A DNA stretch of 64,000 nucleotides, taken from a virus (lineage: Duplodnaviria > Caudoviricetes). The number at the start of each line of letters is the position of its first letter. The first letter of the stretch is position 1. Below, one piece after another: positions 1 to 11,227 of this stretch. The notes beneath the pieces are model-generated. The model searched no databases. It was given only the letters and a program-made list of their open reading frames with translations, and was not told the origin of the DNA. The position numbers were made by a program, and so were the translations under genes. The stretch lies in IMG/VR virus record IMGVR_UViG_3300033273_000833, positions 1 through 64,000 of that record; one strand, given 5' to 3'.

Positions 1-171
1 GGTAGCGGTAATGAAAACAACGCTGCTGATAGCATGACCGTAGGTTACGGAAACTTAAACGAAGATGACGCTGATGGCTCACATGTATTTGGCAGAAAGA
101 ATACTTCAGATTCTTTCAGAGCAACTACGATTGGTAGTGGTAATTTTGTAAGCGGAAACTATGCGTCAACT
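1..171 (+). repeat. Near-identical direct repeat of 1579..1749 within the adhesin gene
   Basis: 171-nt copies differ at only a few positions (t/c and a/g transitions, mostly synonymous). Confidence 0.9.
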
Positions 172-2820
172 GTTGGTTATGGTAATGATGTAACCACGGC
201 TGGCGTAAGAACCCATACGATTGGTATGGAGAACGTAGCCAACGCAGAAGATTCTGTTATGGTTGGTAGCGGTAATGAAAACAACGCTGCTGATAGTATG
301 ACCGTAGGTTATGGAAACGTTAATAATGCTATCAATAACATGACCGTAGGTTACGGAAATCTCAATAAGGATGGCGCTGGTGGTTCTCATATTTTTGGGA
401 GAACAAATACCTCAAATTCTTTCAGAGCAACTACGGTTGGTAGTGGAAACTTTGTTACTGGAGATTTTGCTTCAACCATTGGTTACGGGAACTATATAAC
501 TAATTCAGGATCTAGAGCTCATACATTCGGAATGGAAAATACGGCAAACGCCAGAGATTCTATTTTAATAGGTAGTGGAAACTTAAATGAAGGGCACGAC
601 TCTTTAACTGTAGGTTATGGCAACATTAACCAAGGTATTCATTCTCATATTTTTGGTAGAGATAATAGAACAAGCGGAGATACATCTTTAACTTTTGGAA
701 TTAATAATTACGTTGGCTCTGAAACCGCAACAATTGTAGGAAACGCTAACTATGTTGAGGGTAAAGATTCTAGAACTTTTGGTTTTGGGAATACAGTAAC
801 TGAAAGTGGTCTTCGTAGCCATTCTATTGGTAACGACAATATTTTGAATGGGAAAGATTCTTTTATTCTTGGTAGTGGTAATGAAAATAATTCTATTGAT
901 TCAATATTAATTGGTTATAATAATAAAAATTTATTAGATGCTTATGTTAATGGTGATGAATCTTTTCTAATTGGTGACTCTAATATCAATTGGTCTAAAA
1001 AGCATACTATTATAGGATTTAATAATACTGGCAGTGGAAGCAATTCTTTCACAATAGGTAGAGATAATTTAAGCGACTTCTTTGGGGAGGATGGTTACGT
1101 TGTTGGTATAGCGAATGAAAATAATGGTGAGATGAGTCATATTATAGGGAATAGAAACTATAATTGCCAGTCAGAGAATACTGCTATTTTTGGACACGAT
1201 AATATGGTTAGAGCTTGTTGTGATAATAGGCAGGATAATTTCCCTCAAGCTGATTGGTCTCATGTTTTTGGTAGGGGTAATCATGTTTTTTCATTTAAGT
1301 CTAATGTTTTTGGAAGTGAAAATATTGCGAGTGGTCAATATTCACATATTGGCGGTTTTGGTAATTTTAGCTTTACAGAAACTTACAGGCCTCATATTTT
1401 TGGAATTAATAATACTGGGTGGGATGGCGATTCTATAACTATAATTGGTAGTGGAAATGCTGTGAGCGGAGACTATGCGTCAACTATCGGTTACGGTAAT
1501 GATGTAACTGCGTCTGGAGAAAGAGCTCATACGATTGGTATGGAGAACGTAGCCAACGCAGAAGATTCTGTGATGGTTGGTAGCGGTAATGAAAACAACG
1601 CTGCCGACAGCATGACCGTAGGTTACGGAAACTTAAACGAGGATGACGCTGATGGCTCACATGTATTTGGCAGAAAGAATACTTCAGATTCTTTCAGGGC
1701 AACTACGGTTGGCAGTGGTAATTTTGTAAGCGGAGATTATGCGTCAACTTTCGGTTATGGTAATTATGTGACTACGTCTGGCGCTAGGACACATACATTC
1801 GGTACGGAGAATATTTCAAATGGATCTAATTCTTTAGTTGTTGGTAGTGGTAACATTAATAATGGAAGTGACTCAGCTATATTTGGCTATGGAAATTTAA
1901 TAAAAGAAAATACATTAAATGGTTCGATTTTTGGAAAAGGAATAACTTTAGATATCAATGACGCTTTCCAGTTTGGACCAAATGATAGTGGTAAGGTAAC
2001 TATTCTTGAAAATGGTCATATTGGTATAGGTTCAACTGGAGAAACTGCTTTTGAATCTCCTTCTGAATTATTGCATTTGTTTGATGGGAATGCATTATTC
2101 GAATCTAAGGATAATGGTGGTGAGGTTAGATTTTACAATAACTTAGAAGAGCCTGATTTTCATAATCCATCTCAAGACGACATAAGGTTTGTGGTTTCTG
2201 GAGCAAACCAAAGAATTCAAGGTGATTTAATATTGTCAACAGGAATTGGCAAGAAGGGGCAGACTTTACACGGCAGAATATTTCAAGAAGCAACTCATAA
2301 CGAAAAAATATCTGGAATGAATTGGGGTAGGGCTGTATACGGTCCGTTTGATACATGTGATCATGATTTATTCGTCACTCATCCTAATAAGGTTGATATT
2401 ATAACAGGTACAGATGGTAGCATTAATGAACATAAGGTTGGGATTCATGCTGCTGAAGATTTTTGTAACTCCTTAAATAATCCAGATAGCATGATACCTG
2501 AAGAAGGTAGGAAGATTCTTTATGCCCCTAGACCTCATGACCCTCATGGAGTTTTATATAATGTTCAACCTACTGGAGCGATTTTTGCTAGATATACTAT
2601 ATATGAAGTACCTGAAATGGATATTTATAGCGCAGTACTACCTTCCGCGCAACTGAATAGCGGAGCAGCTTATACTATTAAGAATGTAGGCAAGGGAAAA
2701 ACTAATGTATTTGTAGAGGGACAAGATAAACTGGATATGTTATTCACAGGATTCATGATTGAGGCTAGATTTGAAAGTCATACATTTATTAGCGATGGAA
2801 GAGGCTGGTTTATAGTTTAA
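1..2820 (+). CDS. Fibre/adhesin-like virion protein with YadA-head-like GxxN repeats (5' truncated by the window edge)
   Basis: Frame is open from base 1 (GSGNENNAADS...). Dozens of 14-aa repeats of the type (T/I)(V/I)G(Y/S)GN / HxFGxxN typical of left-handed beta-roll adhesin heads. C-terminal LPSA...AYTIKNVG...FISDGRGWFIV motif resembles phage fibre ends. Confidence 0.7.
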   Translation, partial: GSGNENNAADSMTVGYGNLNEDDADGSHVFGRKNTSDSFRATTIGSGNFVSGNYASTVGYGNDVTTAGVRTHTIGMENVANAEDSVMVGSGNENNAADSMTVGYGNVNNAINNMTVGYGNLNKDGAGGSHIFGRTNTSNSFRATTVGSGNFVTGDFASTIGYGNYITNSGSRAHTFGMENTANARDSILIGSGNLNEGHDSLTVGYGNINQGIHSHIFGRDNRTSGDTSLTFGINNYVGSETATIVGNANYVEGKDSRTFGFGNTVTESGLRSHSIGNDNILNGKDSFILGSGNENNSIDSILIGYNNKNLLDAYVNGDESFLIGDSNINWSKKHTIIGFNNTGSGSNSFTIGRDNLSDFFGEDGYVVGIANENNGEMSHIIGNRNYNCQSENTAIFGHDNMVRACCDNRQDNFPQADWSHVFGRGNHVFSFKSNVFGSENIASGQYSHIGGFGNFSFTETYRPHIFGINNTGWDGDSITIIGSGNAVSGDYASTIGYGNDVTASGERAHTIGMENVANAEDSVMVGSGNENNAADSMTVGYGNLNEDDADGSHVFGRKNTSDSFRATTVGSGNFVSGDYASTFGYGNYVTTSGARTHTFGTENISNGSNSLVVGSGNINNGSDSAIFGYGNLIKENTLNGSIFGKGITLDINDAFQFGPNDSGKVTILENGHIGIGSTGETAFESPSELLHLFDGNALFESKDNGGEVRFYNNLEEPDFHNPSQDDIRFVVSGANQRIQGDLILSTGIGKKGQTLHGRIFQEATHNEKISGMNWGRAVYGPFDTCDHDLFVTHPNKVDIITGTDGSINEHKVGIHAAEDFCNSLNNPDSMIPEEGRKILYAPRPHDPHGVLYNVQPTGAIFARYTIYEVPEMDIYSAVLPSAQLNSGAAYTIKNVGKGKTNVFVEGQDKLDMLFTGFMIEARFESHTFISDGRGWFIV
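214..318 (+). repeat. Near-identical direct repeat of 1528..1632
   Basis: 105-nt copies starting catacgattggtatggagaacgtagcc and ending ggaaac. Confidence 0.9.
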
Positions 2821-2825
2821 ATGAA

Positions 2826-5800
2826 ATGGCTAAGAAAAATAATGTAAGATATAAGCCTGAATTAACTCAGAGAAAAAATACTGACAAATTTGTAGGAGAA
2901 GGTATCTCCAGCAAAGATTTTATAGTATTAAACGATAATAAGATTGGTATTAATTTGCCAGAAAATATTATTGGCGAATTAGGTAGTATTGATCCAGACG
3001 TAGCTCTCGATATTGTTGGTGGGATACACGCTACTGAAAATGTTGAAGCGAGTGGCCATGCTGAGTTTGGTGAATATGGTAAGTTTGGAGGAAATATTGA
3101 TGGCGGCGGATACCTTCGAGTGAGGGATGAGATTACTGGTGGTGGGTATCTCAGAATGGGTGGAGATATAGATGGTGGTGGGCATCTTAAGGTAAGGGAT
3201 GAAATTACTGGCGGTGGCTATCTTAGGATGGGTGGAGGCGGTACTTTTGGCGGAGACTTGTATGTAGGAGGTAGTGTTTTCTCTACAGGAGAATATAATA
3301 TATACGGGAATACTTATTTGCATCAAGACGTTTTTATTCGTGATGATTTATTAGTTAGTGGCGACTCTCAATTTTTAGATTCTGTGGTAATGGGAGATCC
3401 TTATGAAGAAGATATGGCAACTTTTTCTGGATCAGAAATTACTTTAGGAGCTCGAGAGTCTGGAGTTTTGGCTGAATTTGATAATGGGATAAGATTTTAC
3501 GAAAGGCCTACAGTTAGTGGTACAGGGGTTATGCTCATTGGTGAAATTAACGATACTGTATTAACTGAATTAAGGGTTGATGGTGATGGAGAATTAACTG
3601 GAGATTTAACAGTTGGAGGCAATCTTTATGTTTCTGGAGATACTTTTGTTCAGTCGGTTACAGATGTATCAGTTACTGGAGATATTAGCGGTTATATAGT
3701 AGAAGGTCAAAGTGGAGTTTTTGAAACTGGTTTCTTTGAGAGCGGTAACTTTAATAAATTAACTGTTAATGAATTTCTGGGAATCGTTCAAGAGCTTTCT
3801 GTAGAAAGCGGGATAACATCAAGTGGTTTTAATGTTTTAACGGAAGCAGACACTGGCGTATATAATGACTTGTTTTATTTAAACTCAAATCCTAGTGGGT
3901 ATATAACTGAGGCTGAAGCAATTGCTAGATTTGAGCCGCCTCCCCCCGATCCTTTTTGTTTTTTTTACGATGCAGAAAATCATAATGGACAAATACTAAA
4001 AACATATTACCCCCAAACGGTAGCAAATAGACCTGATATACTTTTATCTGGTATTGAAGTAAAGGAAGCTTCGGATTTAAGCCTAAAACTAAGATACCAT
4101 GGCCCTAATTATGCTTACGCTGGAACTGGATATATAAATGAAATACGAATATTACCTCAATTTGTAAATGAATACGGAACAGGTACTAGAGCATTTAACG
4201 GTGTTTTAAGAAGTTCTTATGTTAATAAGCAGGTGGTGACTGGAGAAGCGAATGGAAGAGAGGCTTTTATAACAATAGAGGAAATAGGAGAACCTCCGAT
4301 TCCAACAGATATGTATATTGACCTTTATTCCAATTCCATACCCAAACCTGGAGAGCAACAAGGTTCTACAGCATTAAAAGAAGATGATAAAATTAATGTT
4401 TTTGTGGAGTTCGATAACCAAAAAGCCAGAACGATAACTATTCTTGATTCGGGGATATCTAAGAATGAAGAGGTTTATTATAATACTGAAATGAATGATG
4501 GAACTTACCCCAATACTTTTACTTTTGAGGATATTGGAGGTGGTAGCGGTAGAGCAACAATGCAACTTACTGTTTCTGAATTGGCGGGTAATCATGGTTT
4601 CGCAATAAAAACAACCAATAAAGTTTTAGATGAGTCAGAAGGTATTGATTCTGTAAGCTTGGGTTCTTTAAGCGGGGTCAGGCTTTTAGATCAAACTTAC
4701 CCATATATATCTGCATCAATAGCTCCTGATAGTGGTTCTTATAGTTCTGCGTTTGGATTAAATAATGTGACAGGATTGCATTATGATGTTTTAAATAGTA
4801 CGGGTAGTTATTTTATAGTTGATACTAATATATCAAATTGGAGCGATAGTATAGATTATGTCACTTATACAAAAGGGTTAAATGGTCTAAGAGATAGATA
4901 TAATTTATATAATAATATAGTTTTGAGTTCTAATGCGGTTGATTTTTCTTCTGCTGAAGAAGTTTTGTCTAGTACTGGAGATTTTGGCGCAAAAGTAATT
5001 GAATATAAAACAGGATTTCATAGCGAAGAAATATTAAGAATTTCAGGTTTTAGGGCTGCGAACGGAGCGTCTGATGTTTTAGATTTTACTGTACCTGTTG
5101 AAAATGGTCCTCAGATACTTGATTTGTATGTGGACGATACCCCGCATTACGCTCAAGCTCCTCATATTACTGGTAGTACAGAGATTAAAGGTGGTGATAA
5201 GATAAGCGGATTTGCTTACGTTGCGACGAAAGGGATATTAGAATTATCTGACACTAATAATCCAGCTGATTTTAAAAACCATATAGAATTTAAATTAGAT
5301 GATTACGGAATAAGTGAAGGAACTAACTGGTTTCACCCCGCTTCAGTCGAGCATTATTGTAATATCGATAACACAGGAACTCCTGAAGAAAAAGTTATGT
5401 TTGGATTCGCAATTGATGTGACAGACTTAGTGTCAAGAGATTCTTCAGATACATTTAAATTAAACTCAAGAATTCATACAGATAATAAAGAGAGTAACAT
5501 GCTGCATCAATTCGATCAGGATACTTTTAGTGGATCTTCTAATTATATCAATAGCCAATACTCCTCAGAAGAGTCGTCAAGTAGTTATATTTACAAGGCA
5601 GGCAGTGGTACGGGGGTAAACTGTTATGAGTACGAAGGGCGTTTTTCAGCAAGCCCCAGGCAGGTAAATAATGGAGATGTTCCAGCTTTATACTTGTCGG
5701 GCGTAGACTACCCCATAAATCAAAGTGGGTTAAAAAATTCTGAAACTGCTACCATTCATTTTGAGAAAGAAAATATAGATACTTTGTACATAGATGACAC

Positions 5801-7091
5801 TGACTTGGGGGGAGCTGGGGAACTTAATTTTAATAATCAAAATAATTTTACGAATATAGAAAAACAAGTAGCTACTTTGACCGTTACAGCTATTCAAACT
5901 AGTAACATTAAATATAACGGTAATGCATATTCGAGCGGAGTACAGTCTGCAGGAACTGTGACTGTGGAAATTACAAATGGAAGTGTTCATTTTGGACTTT
6001 GTAATGATATAGAAATTAATTTTACAGGGTTAGGGGTGTCGAGCACAGGAAGTTTTAATATATCAATATCTGGCACGACACTAATAATTAACTGTCCTTT
6101 TAATTATAGTAATGGCAATTGGTATTTTCCTAATATTGGCCAAGTAATGAATTTTATAAATAGTCAGGCTGGCCTTTCTGCCACGAAATCAAGCTCAGTA
6201 AATGCTAGCAAATCAGGCTTAGAGGCGCCAATCGGAGGAGGTTGGGCTGGGGGGCAGACTAAACCGCTTTCAGCTGTGCAAATTCTTGGTCCAAGAGGAT
6301 TTCCTTTAGTTGAGAAAGATGTTTCTAGGTTGGCTGGCTCTTATAATGTATCTACGGATAATTTTACTATATCAGGAACAAAAACGTCAAACGGGTTGAG
6401 AACTTCAATTTCGGATACTGTTAATATAGCTAATGTTGCGCCCACTTTTACTGTGCAAGATTTACCTGCTTCATTGAAGTCTACGTATGGCACAACAAAT
6501 AACACGACTTTCTATATACAGGCAACTCAACAATTGCATAGAGAATTATCTCTTGAACTAGACCCCAGTCAATCTAATCAACCTTCATTATCTAAATCAG
6601 TAAAAAATGCTTTACCAACAAACTCTCCGAATAATTTTATTATTGGAGTGACTGACGCTGATACAAGGGGTCAATTTTCTTTTGAATTTACAGGATCAGG
6701 TATAGGAGGCCAAGAAATTACTTCTTTAACAAATCAAAATTATACAATAGGAGGCTTTACTGAAAGAGAGGTTTTTGCATCACATCAAAGCTTAGCTGCA
6801 GGGTTGGCTGAGCTTTCAGGCGTAACCGTACAAGATCCAAATGATATAAATATGGAAAATGTATCAAAGGGCGGCACGGCTACTAATGGAGGTACAGTAT
6901 TTAATTATAAGAGTTATTCCGACGGGGTGCAGATGGATAATTCGATAAATTTTGTCAATCAATTTACCACAACTAATTCACAAGGAATAACTACAGGACA
7001 GGGTGCGACGCATGTATTTAACTTGGATAAAAACAACAGAGCAGCTAATGCGGTTCCGCCAGGAGCTAAATTTATAGTAAGCGAGGATTAA
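2826..7091 (+). CDS. Large putative virion structural protein (fibre/baseplate-like, 1421 aa)
   Basis: N-terminal GGGYLR(V/M) and VSGD repeats, then beta-rich Gly/Ser/Thr/Asn domains; 5 nt after the upstream fibre gene; no signal peptide. Confidence 0.55.
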   Translation: MAKKNNVRYKPELTQRKNTDKFVGEGISSKDFIVLNDNKIGINLPENIIGELGSIDPDVALDIVGGIHATENVEASGHAEFGEYGKFGGNIDGGGYLRVRDEITGGGYLRMGGDIDGGGHLKVRDEITGGGYLRMGGGGTFGGDLYVGGSVFSTGEYNIYGNTYLHQDVFIRDDLLVSGDSQFLDSVVMGDPYEEDMATFSGSEITLGARESGVLAEFDNGIRFYERPTVSGTGVMLIGEINDTVLTELRVDGDGELTGDLTVGGNLYVSGDTFVQSVTDVSVTGDISGYIVEGQSGVFETGFFESGNFNKLTVNEFLGIVQELSVESGITSSGFNVLTEADTGVYNDLFYLNSNPSGYITEAEAIARFEPPPPDPFCFFYDAENHNGQILKTYYPQTVANRPDILLSGIEVKEASDLSLKLRYHGPNYAYAGTGYINEIRILPQFVNEYGTGTRAFNGVLRSSYVNKQVVTGEANGREAFITIEEIGEPPIPTDMYIDLYSNSIPKPGEQQGSTALKEDDKINVFVEFDNQKARTITILDSGISKNEEVYYNTEMNDGTYPNTFTFEDIGGGSGRATMQLTVSELAGNHGFAIKTTNKVLDESEGIDSVSLGSLSGVRLLDQTYPYISASIAPDSGSYSSAFGLNNVTGLHYDVLNSTGSYFIVDTNISNWSDSIDYVTYTKGLNGLRDRYNLYNNIVLSSNAVDFSSAEEVLSSTGDFGAKVIEYKTGFHSEEILRISGFRAANGASDVLDFTVPVENGPQILDLYVDDTPHYAQAPHITGSTEIKGGDKISGFAYVATKGILELSDTNNPADFKNHIEFKLDDYGISEGTNWFHPASVEHYCNIDNTGTPEEKVMFGFAIDVTDLVSRDSSDTFKLNSRIHTDNKESNMLHQFDQDTFSGSSNYINSQYSSEESSSSYIYKAGSGTGVNCYEYEGRFSASPRQVNNGDVPALYLSGVDYPINQSGLKNSETATIHFEKENIDTLYIDDTDLGGAGELNFNNQNNFTNIEKQVATLTVTAIQTSNIKYNGNAYSSGVQSAGTVTVEITNGSVHFGLCNDIEINFTGLGVSSTGSFNISISGTTLIINCPFNYSNGNWYFPNIGQVMNFINSQAGLSATKSSSVNASKSGLEAPIGGGWAGGQTKPLSAVQILGPRGFPLVEKDVSRLAGSYNVSTDNFTISGTKTSNGLRTSISDTVNIANVAPTFTVQDLPASLKSTYGTTNNTTFYIQATQQLHRELSLELDPSQSNQPSLSKSVKNALPTNSPNNFIIGVTDADTRGQFSFEFTGSGIGGQEITSLTNQNYTIGGFTEREVFASHQSLAAGLAELSGVTVQDPNDINMENVSKGGTATNGGTVFNYKSYSDGVQMDNSINFVNQFTTTNSQGITTGQGATHVFNLDKNNRAANAVPPGAKFIVSED

Positions 7092-7092
7092 T

Positions 7093-8793
7093 ATGGGAGC
7101 TTTTGAAGATTTTGTAAATGAAAACTTAGGTAAAAGATTGCCTATGCTTGAGGATCATGGGCATCCTCATTCAAGCTCAAAGGCGGCAGGTATAATTGGT
7201 TCGAGGTATTTAGATTTAGATACAAATTATTTATACGAAAAAACTGGCGAAAATAATACTCAAGATTGGGTCAAGATTGCTACAATTGGAGATGCTAGAG
7301 ATATAGCTAGAGGGCCTAATTTTTCAATACAATTTAATAGTGGAGACCTTCTGGGCGGTAGCGAGTATTTGATATTTTCAGGTAATGAACTTAGTGGGGT
7401 TAGTGGAAGTTTTGATAATTTAAGAATAAGTGGTCAAGATGTATTAACTGGAATTGATGCCGTTAGGACAACTGCAGGAGGCCCAGACTATGCAATTCAG
7501 TATGGTAGTGGTACAGGGTTTTACGGAAGTTCTAATTTAATATATTCTGGAGAGCAGTTGAGTGGCGCCAGTGGATTTTTTGATGACTTTAAAGTTACTG
7601 GAGATTTAGCTGTAGGCGGAAACCTTTATGTATCAGGAGAAACTTTCATTCAGTCTGTAACTGATGTTTCTGTAACTGGAGATATTAGTGGACATCGCAT
7701 TGAGGGTACTAGTGGAGTATTTGACATAACAACTGGAGCGAGTGGAGCTTTTGCTGATCAACTAACAATTAGTGGGGTCTCAGTTTTAACTGGAATTGAA
7801 ACAGGGCATTTTGTTACTACAGGTCAGACGGGAGACTTTGTGACTAGTGGTGAAACAGGGCATTTTGTTACTACAGGTCAGACGGGAGACTTTGTGACTA
7901 GTGGTGAAACAGGAATTTTTGTTACTACAGGTCAGACGGGAGACTTTGTGACTACTGGATTTTCTGGCTTGGTAAAAATTACATCAGGACAATTTACCGA
8001 ACAGCTCACAATCAGCGGGAACCCAGTTTTGACTGGAGCAGTTGGGGCTCGCCCTGAAGGTCCAGATTTTGCTGTACAATTTGGTAGCGGAGATACTTTA
8101 AGCGGTAATCAATATCTTTTATATTCTGGGAATCAACTTAGTGGAGCTAGCGGTTTTTTTGATGATTTTTTAGTTTCTGGAGTTTCTCAAGTTACATCAG
8201 GACAATTTACCGAACAGCTCACAATCAGCGGGAACCCAGTCTTGACTGGATTTGAAGATGTTACGGCTACTCCTGGGGGACCCGAATTATCTATACAGTT
8301 TAACAGCGGAAACGAATTTCACGGAACTTCTGGGTTACTATATAAGTCAGGCCAACTCAGTGGCGTAAGCGGTATTTTTCAAGAAGATTTGCAAGTTGGC
8401 TTAGATGAAGAGTCTCCAGTCTTGCTGGTTGCCGAAGACAATACTGTTGATATTTTTGGAAATTTATTAGTTTCTGGAATTTCGAGCGGAATAAGTGGTG
8501 TCTTTGATAATATAGTAATAAATGGATGGAATCCTGTAGTTACGGGACAATTTGCGGAATCGGATTCTTTTACTGATATAGAATACAATTCAAGTGGAGA
8601 TATAACAGGATCCTTAAACTGGACAGATAATGGCAGATCAACTTTAATAAAAGTAAAGCAATTTAATTACAATGAGTCTGGTCTGCTAACTGGTGTAATC
8701 TCTAGGGATGGAACATACACAGAACAACTAACGAAAATATTAACATATGATTCGAGCGGAAATCTTGAATCAATACAAAAAGATTATATATGA
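7093..8793 (+). CDS. Putative virion fibre protein with SG/TG repeats (566 aa)
   Basis: Repeated GGP(N/D/E)xxIQ(F/Y)xSG modules and VTTGQTGDF repeats; shares a GDLxVGGNLYVSGxTFxQSVTDVSVTGDISG module with 2826..7091. Confidence 0.6.
   Translation: MGAFEDFVNENLGKRLPMLEDHGHPHSSSKAAGIIGSRYLDLDTNYLYEKTGENNTQDWVKIATIGDARDIARGPNFSIQFNSGDLLGGSEYLIFSGNELSGVSGSFDNLRISGQDVLTGIDAVRTTAGGPDYAIQYGSGTGFYGSSNLIYSGEQLSGASGFFDDFKVTGDLAVGGNLYVSGETFIQSVTDVSVTGDISGHRIEGTSGVFDITTGASGAFADQLTISGVSVLTGIETGHFVTTGQTGDFVTSGETGHFVTTGQTGDFVTSGETGIFVTTGQTGDFVTTGFSGLVKITSGQFTEQLTISGNPVLTGAVGARPEGPDFAVQFGSGDTLSGNQYLLYSGNQLSGASGFFDDFLVSGVSQVTSGQFTEQLTISGNPVLTGFEDVTATPGGPELSIQFNSGNEFHGTSGLLYKSGQLSGVSGIFQEDLQVGLDEESPVLLVAEDNTVDIFGNLLVSGISSGISGVFDNIVINGWNPVVTGQFAESDSFTDIEYNSSGDITGSLNWTDNGRSTLIKVKQFNYNESGLLTGVISRDGTYTEQLTKILTYDSSGNLESIQKDYI
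7798..7959 (+). repeat. Three tandem 54-bp units (ETGHFVTTGQTGDFVTSG)
   Basis: 7798-7851 and 7852-7905 are identical; 7906-7959 is a diverged third copy. Confidence 0.95.
7981..8250 (+). repeat. 57-bp direct repeat (7981..8037 and 8194..8250)
   Basis: acatcaggacaatttaccgaacagctcacaatcagcgggaacccagt(t/c)ttgactgga occurs twice with one mismatch. Confidence 0.9.
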
Positions 8794-11225
8794 GCTTTTC
8801 ATTATCAGGAGGATTAATTACTCAATCAGGAACCGATGCAAATCTTAGTGGTTTAGCCTCAGTTGCTGGAGTTGTGGCTACAGATGATGATCCTACTGGT
8901 AGAGGTATAATTATTTACGATATGGGGAGTCTTAGATTAAGAATAACTGGAACTTTGTCTCATGATCCAGATAAAGAAATAATGATTTTTCATCATACAA
9001 AATCCAATAGTAGTAACTCTACAATCGAAAGAGTTCTATCTATTGCTGGCGGCGGAACTTATAATTATGGTATAAGAACAAGTTATAGTGGAAAAGTTGG
9101 ATATTCTTCTGGTTGTGGTTTAATTTTTTCAGGCAGGCCTTTTACTAATTGGCATCCATCAGATAGCGCAATTCATATTGATAGTGCAACTGCAAATTTT
9201 GTATGTAGAGGCGGGATTATTCAGTCGAATAAAGGTTTTTATTTATCTGGTAATGTAGATATTGAAGAAACAGTATTTCTCAATATGACTAATAGGTTTT
9301 CGATGGAAGTTAGAACCTTTGGTCGCAACGATATAGTTACTGATAGGGCTCAAAATATTATTTTAGCAGGAGGGGTTTCAATTATGGATGCTAGAAGAAT
9401 GTCCGAGCAATCGATGATATTCAGAAAAGGTGCAGTTTCTAGGGTATTTGGGGATTATTTCGAGACAGAATTAAAAGATTTTGATGTATCTAAAAATACA
9501 TTTGATTATGACATTGGTAATTGCGCGAATGATACTCAAATGATAGCAGATCATCATATCGTGAACTCAAAAACTGGTAGTGACGTTAGAACTATGTGGA
9601 GAAACACTACTGGGAATGGCAGCCAGCAGGGTAATACTTTTATACATAAAGAAGTTTTATTAAATATCAAAGATAGAGCTGGTGTTGCAATTCAGGGAGT
9701 AAAAATGTACCTATCTGATAATCCTTCTTCTTTTGCTAAGTCAGTATCCTATACAACAAGTCATTCTAGTTATGTATATTCTGCGCCGACATTGTCAACG
9801 GCAACCATAACTAATGCAGGAAAAACAATTTCTTACGACTACACGAGTGCAATTGTATATGAAAAGACTAGTGATGCCGCAGGTAATATTGCTAAATTTA
9901 AAGTTTTAACGGCTACTCATTTTTTAGATAAAAATGCAAATGATGTAAGCGCTTCTCAATATTATACTTCATTTGCGTCAGGGAAATGGAGGGAAAGTGA
10001 TAACGCAGAACCTGCATACACAGACTGGGACACAACTAGATTTGGGGGATTTTATAAAGTTGATAGAAGATCTAATTCTAATACTAATACCGATGATTTT
10101 ACTTTTAATTTTTGCTCATATGATCATGCATTGTCATCAACGACGCAGGAGCTAAAAGGAATAGGTGAATTATTGATTAATTCAATTCTTCTTGGCGATC
10201 CAGCAATAACTGAAAATAAAGCGACGGCTGACGCTTATGCTGTAATAGAGAATTCAGAAAAATTTTACAATAGAGCTAAAGCATATCTTTATGATAACTT
10301 TTCTGGAGAAACATCTACTATAGTATCTAGAGATGGAGATACAATAGATGCTGGATCATATGATGTAACGATTGATAATTCAGCTGGGCAGCCTTTTGGC
10401 TTAAGCGGAAATACTATAACAATTAAATCATCTTCTTTTACTGGAAATATTACAACATCTGGGACTGTAACTTTAGTTGGAAGTATTAATTATGTTGGTA
10501 CGATCACTGATGTAAATGGCACTAGATCATTCGGATCTTATCAAATTAAAAATTTAGTAAATGGTAGCAGGGTACAGGTATACAATGCAACAACAGGTGT
10601 AGAAATTTATAATGCAGTAGTTAATGCTACTAGCTTAACAGAAGGGTTTACTAATACGGGAGGGACGGCGATGAACGCTAACGACAATATGCGGGTTAGA
10701 GTTGCCTACCAGAATGGAGCAACAGCAAAAGAACCTCAAGAGTTATTAGCCACTTGTCAGTATCCAACTTGGGAGGTTAGCGCCAACCAGGTAGATGCAA
10801 CTCAATATAATAATTATTCAGTTGATGGTAGTACTATTGCGGAATTTTCTCTAGATATAGGTACAGGCAAAATTGAGGTAGATATAGATGATACTGATAA
10901 TAGTACAACAGTACAAAGAGTTGCTTCTTGGTACTACGCGGAGTTGATGGAACCCGCTGGAATATCTGATTTATTTGGAGCTATTGACTGGATCGAAGAT
11001 AATCAAATTGCAATTGATCAATCTAAGGTTGATTTATTATTAGATAATGTAAAGGCAGTTCCGCTGATTCTAAAAGGCGGTAGATTATATAGGCTTGATG
11101 GAACAACTATTATTGCTTCTAGTAGTAATTCAATACAAATAGATTACGCTCCAGTTTATATAGCTAATGCTCCTTTGATAGAAAAAATTGATAAAAATAC
11201 AAAACTAATACCAGCGCTACTCTAA
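8790..11225 (+). CDS. Putative virion structural protein (811 aa)
   Basis: Overlaps the upstream stop (ATGA coupling); beta-rich Thr/Ser/Gly composition; ends the structural run; no catalytic motif recognised. Confidence 0.5.
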   Translation: MSFSLSGGLITQSGTDANLSGLASVAGVVATDDDPTGRGIIIYDMGSLRLRITGTLSHDPDKEIMIFHHTKSNSSNSTIERVLSIAGGGTYNYGIRTSYSGKVGYSSGCGLIFSGRPFTNWHPSDSAIHIDSATANFVCRGGIIQSNKGFYLSGNVDIEETVFLNMTNRFSMEVRTFGRNDIVTDRAQNIILAGGVSIMDARRMSEQSMIFRKGAVSRVFGDYFETELKDFDVSKNTFDYDIGNCANDTQMIADHHIVNSKTGSDVRTMWRNTTGNGSQQGNTFIHKEVLLNIKDRAGVAIQGVKMYLSDNPSSFAKSVSYTTSHSSYVYSAPTLSTATITNAGKTISYDYTSAIVYEKTSDAAGNIAKFKVLTATHFLDKNANDVSASQYYTSFASGKWRESDNAEPAYTDWDTTRFGGFYKVDRRSNSNTNTDDFTFNFCSYDHALSSTTQELKGIGELLINSILLGDPAITENKATADAYAVIENSEKFYNRAKAYLYDNFSGETSTIVSRDGDTIDAGSYDVTIDNSAGQPFGLSGNTITIKSSSFTGNITTSGTVTLVGSINYVGTITDVNGTRSFGSYQIKNLVNGSRVQVYNATTGVEIYNAVVNATSLTEGFTNTGGTAMNANDNMRVRVAYQNGATAKEPQELLATCQYPTWEVSANQVDATQYNNYSVDGSTIAEFSLDIGTGKIEVDIDDTDNSTTVQRVASWYYAELMEPAGISDLFGAIDWIEDNQIAIDQSKVDLLLDNVKAVPLILKGGRLYRLDGTTIIASSSNSIQIDYAPVYIANAPLIEKIDKNTKLIPALL

Positions 11226-11227
11226 TA

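Noticed and set aside
1-1749. Diversity-generating retroelement TR/VR pair suggested by near-identical repeats in an adhesin gene
   Set aside because: Mismatches include t/c changes and are mostly synonymous rather than adenine-specific; both copies are in-frame coding; no reverse transcriptase in the window.
7798-7959. CRISPR-like array
   Set aside because: Tandem in-frame coding units with no unique spacers; no cas operon.
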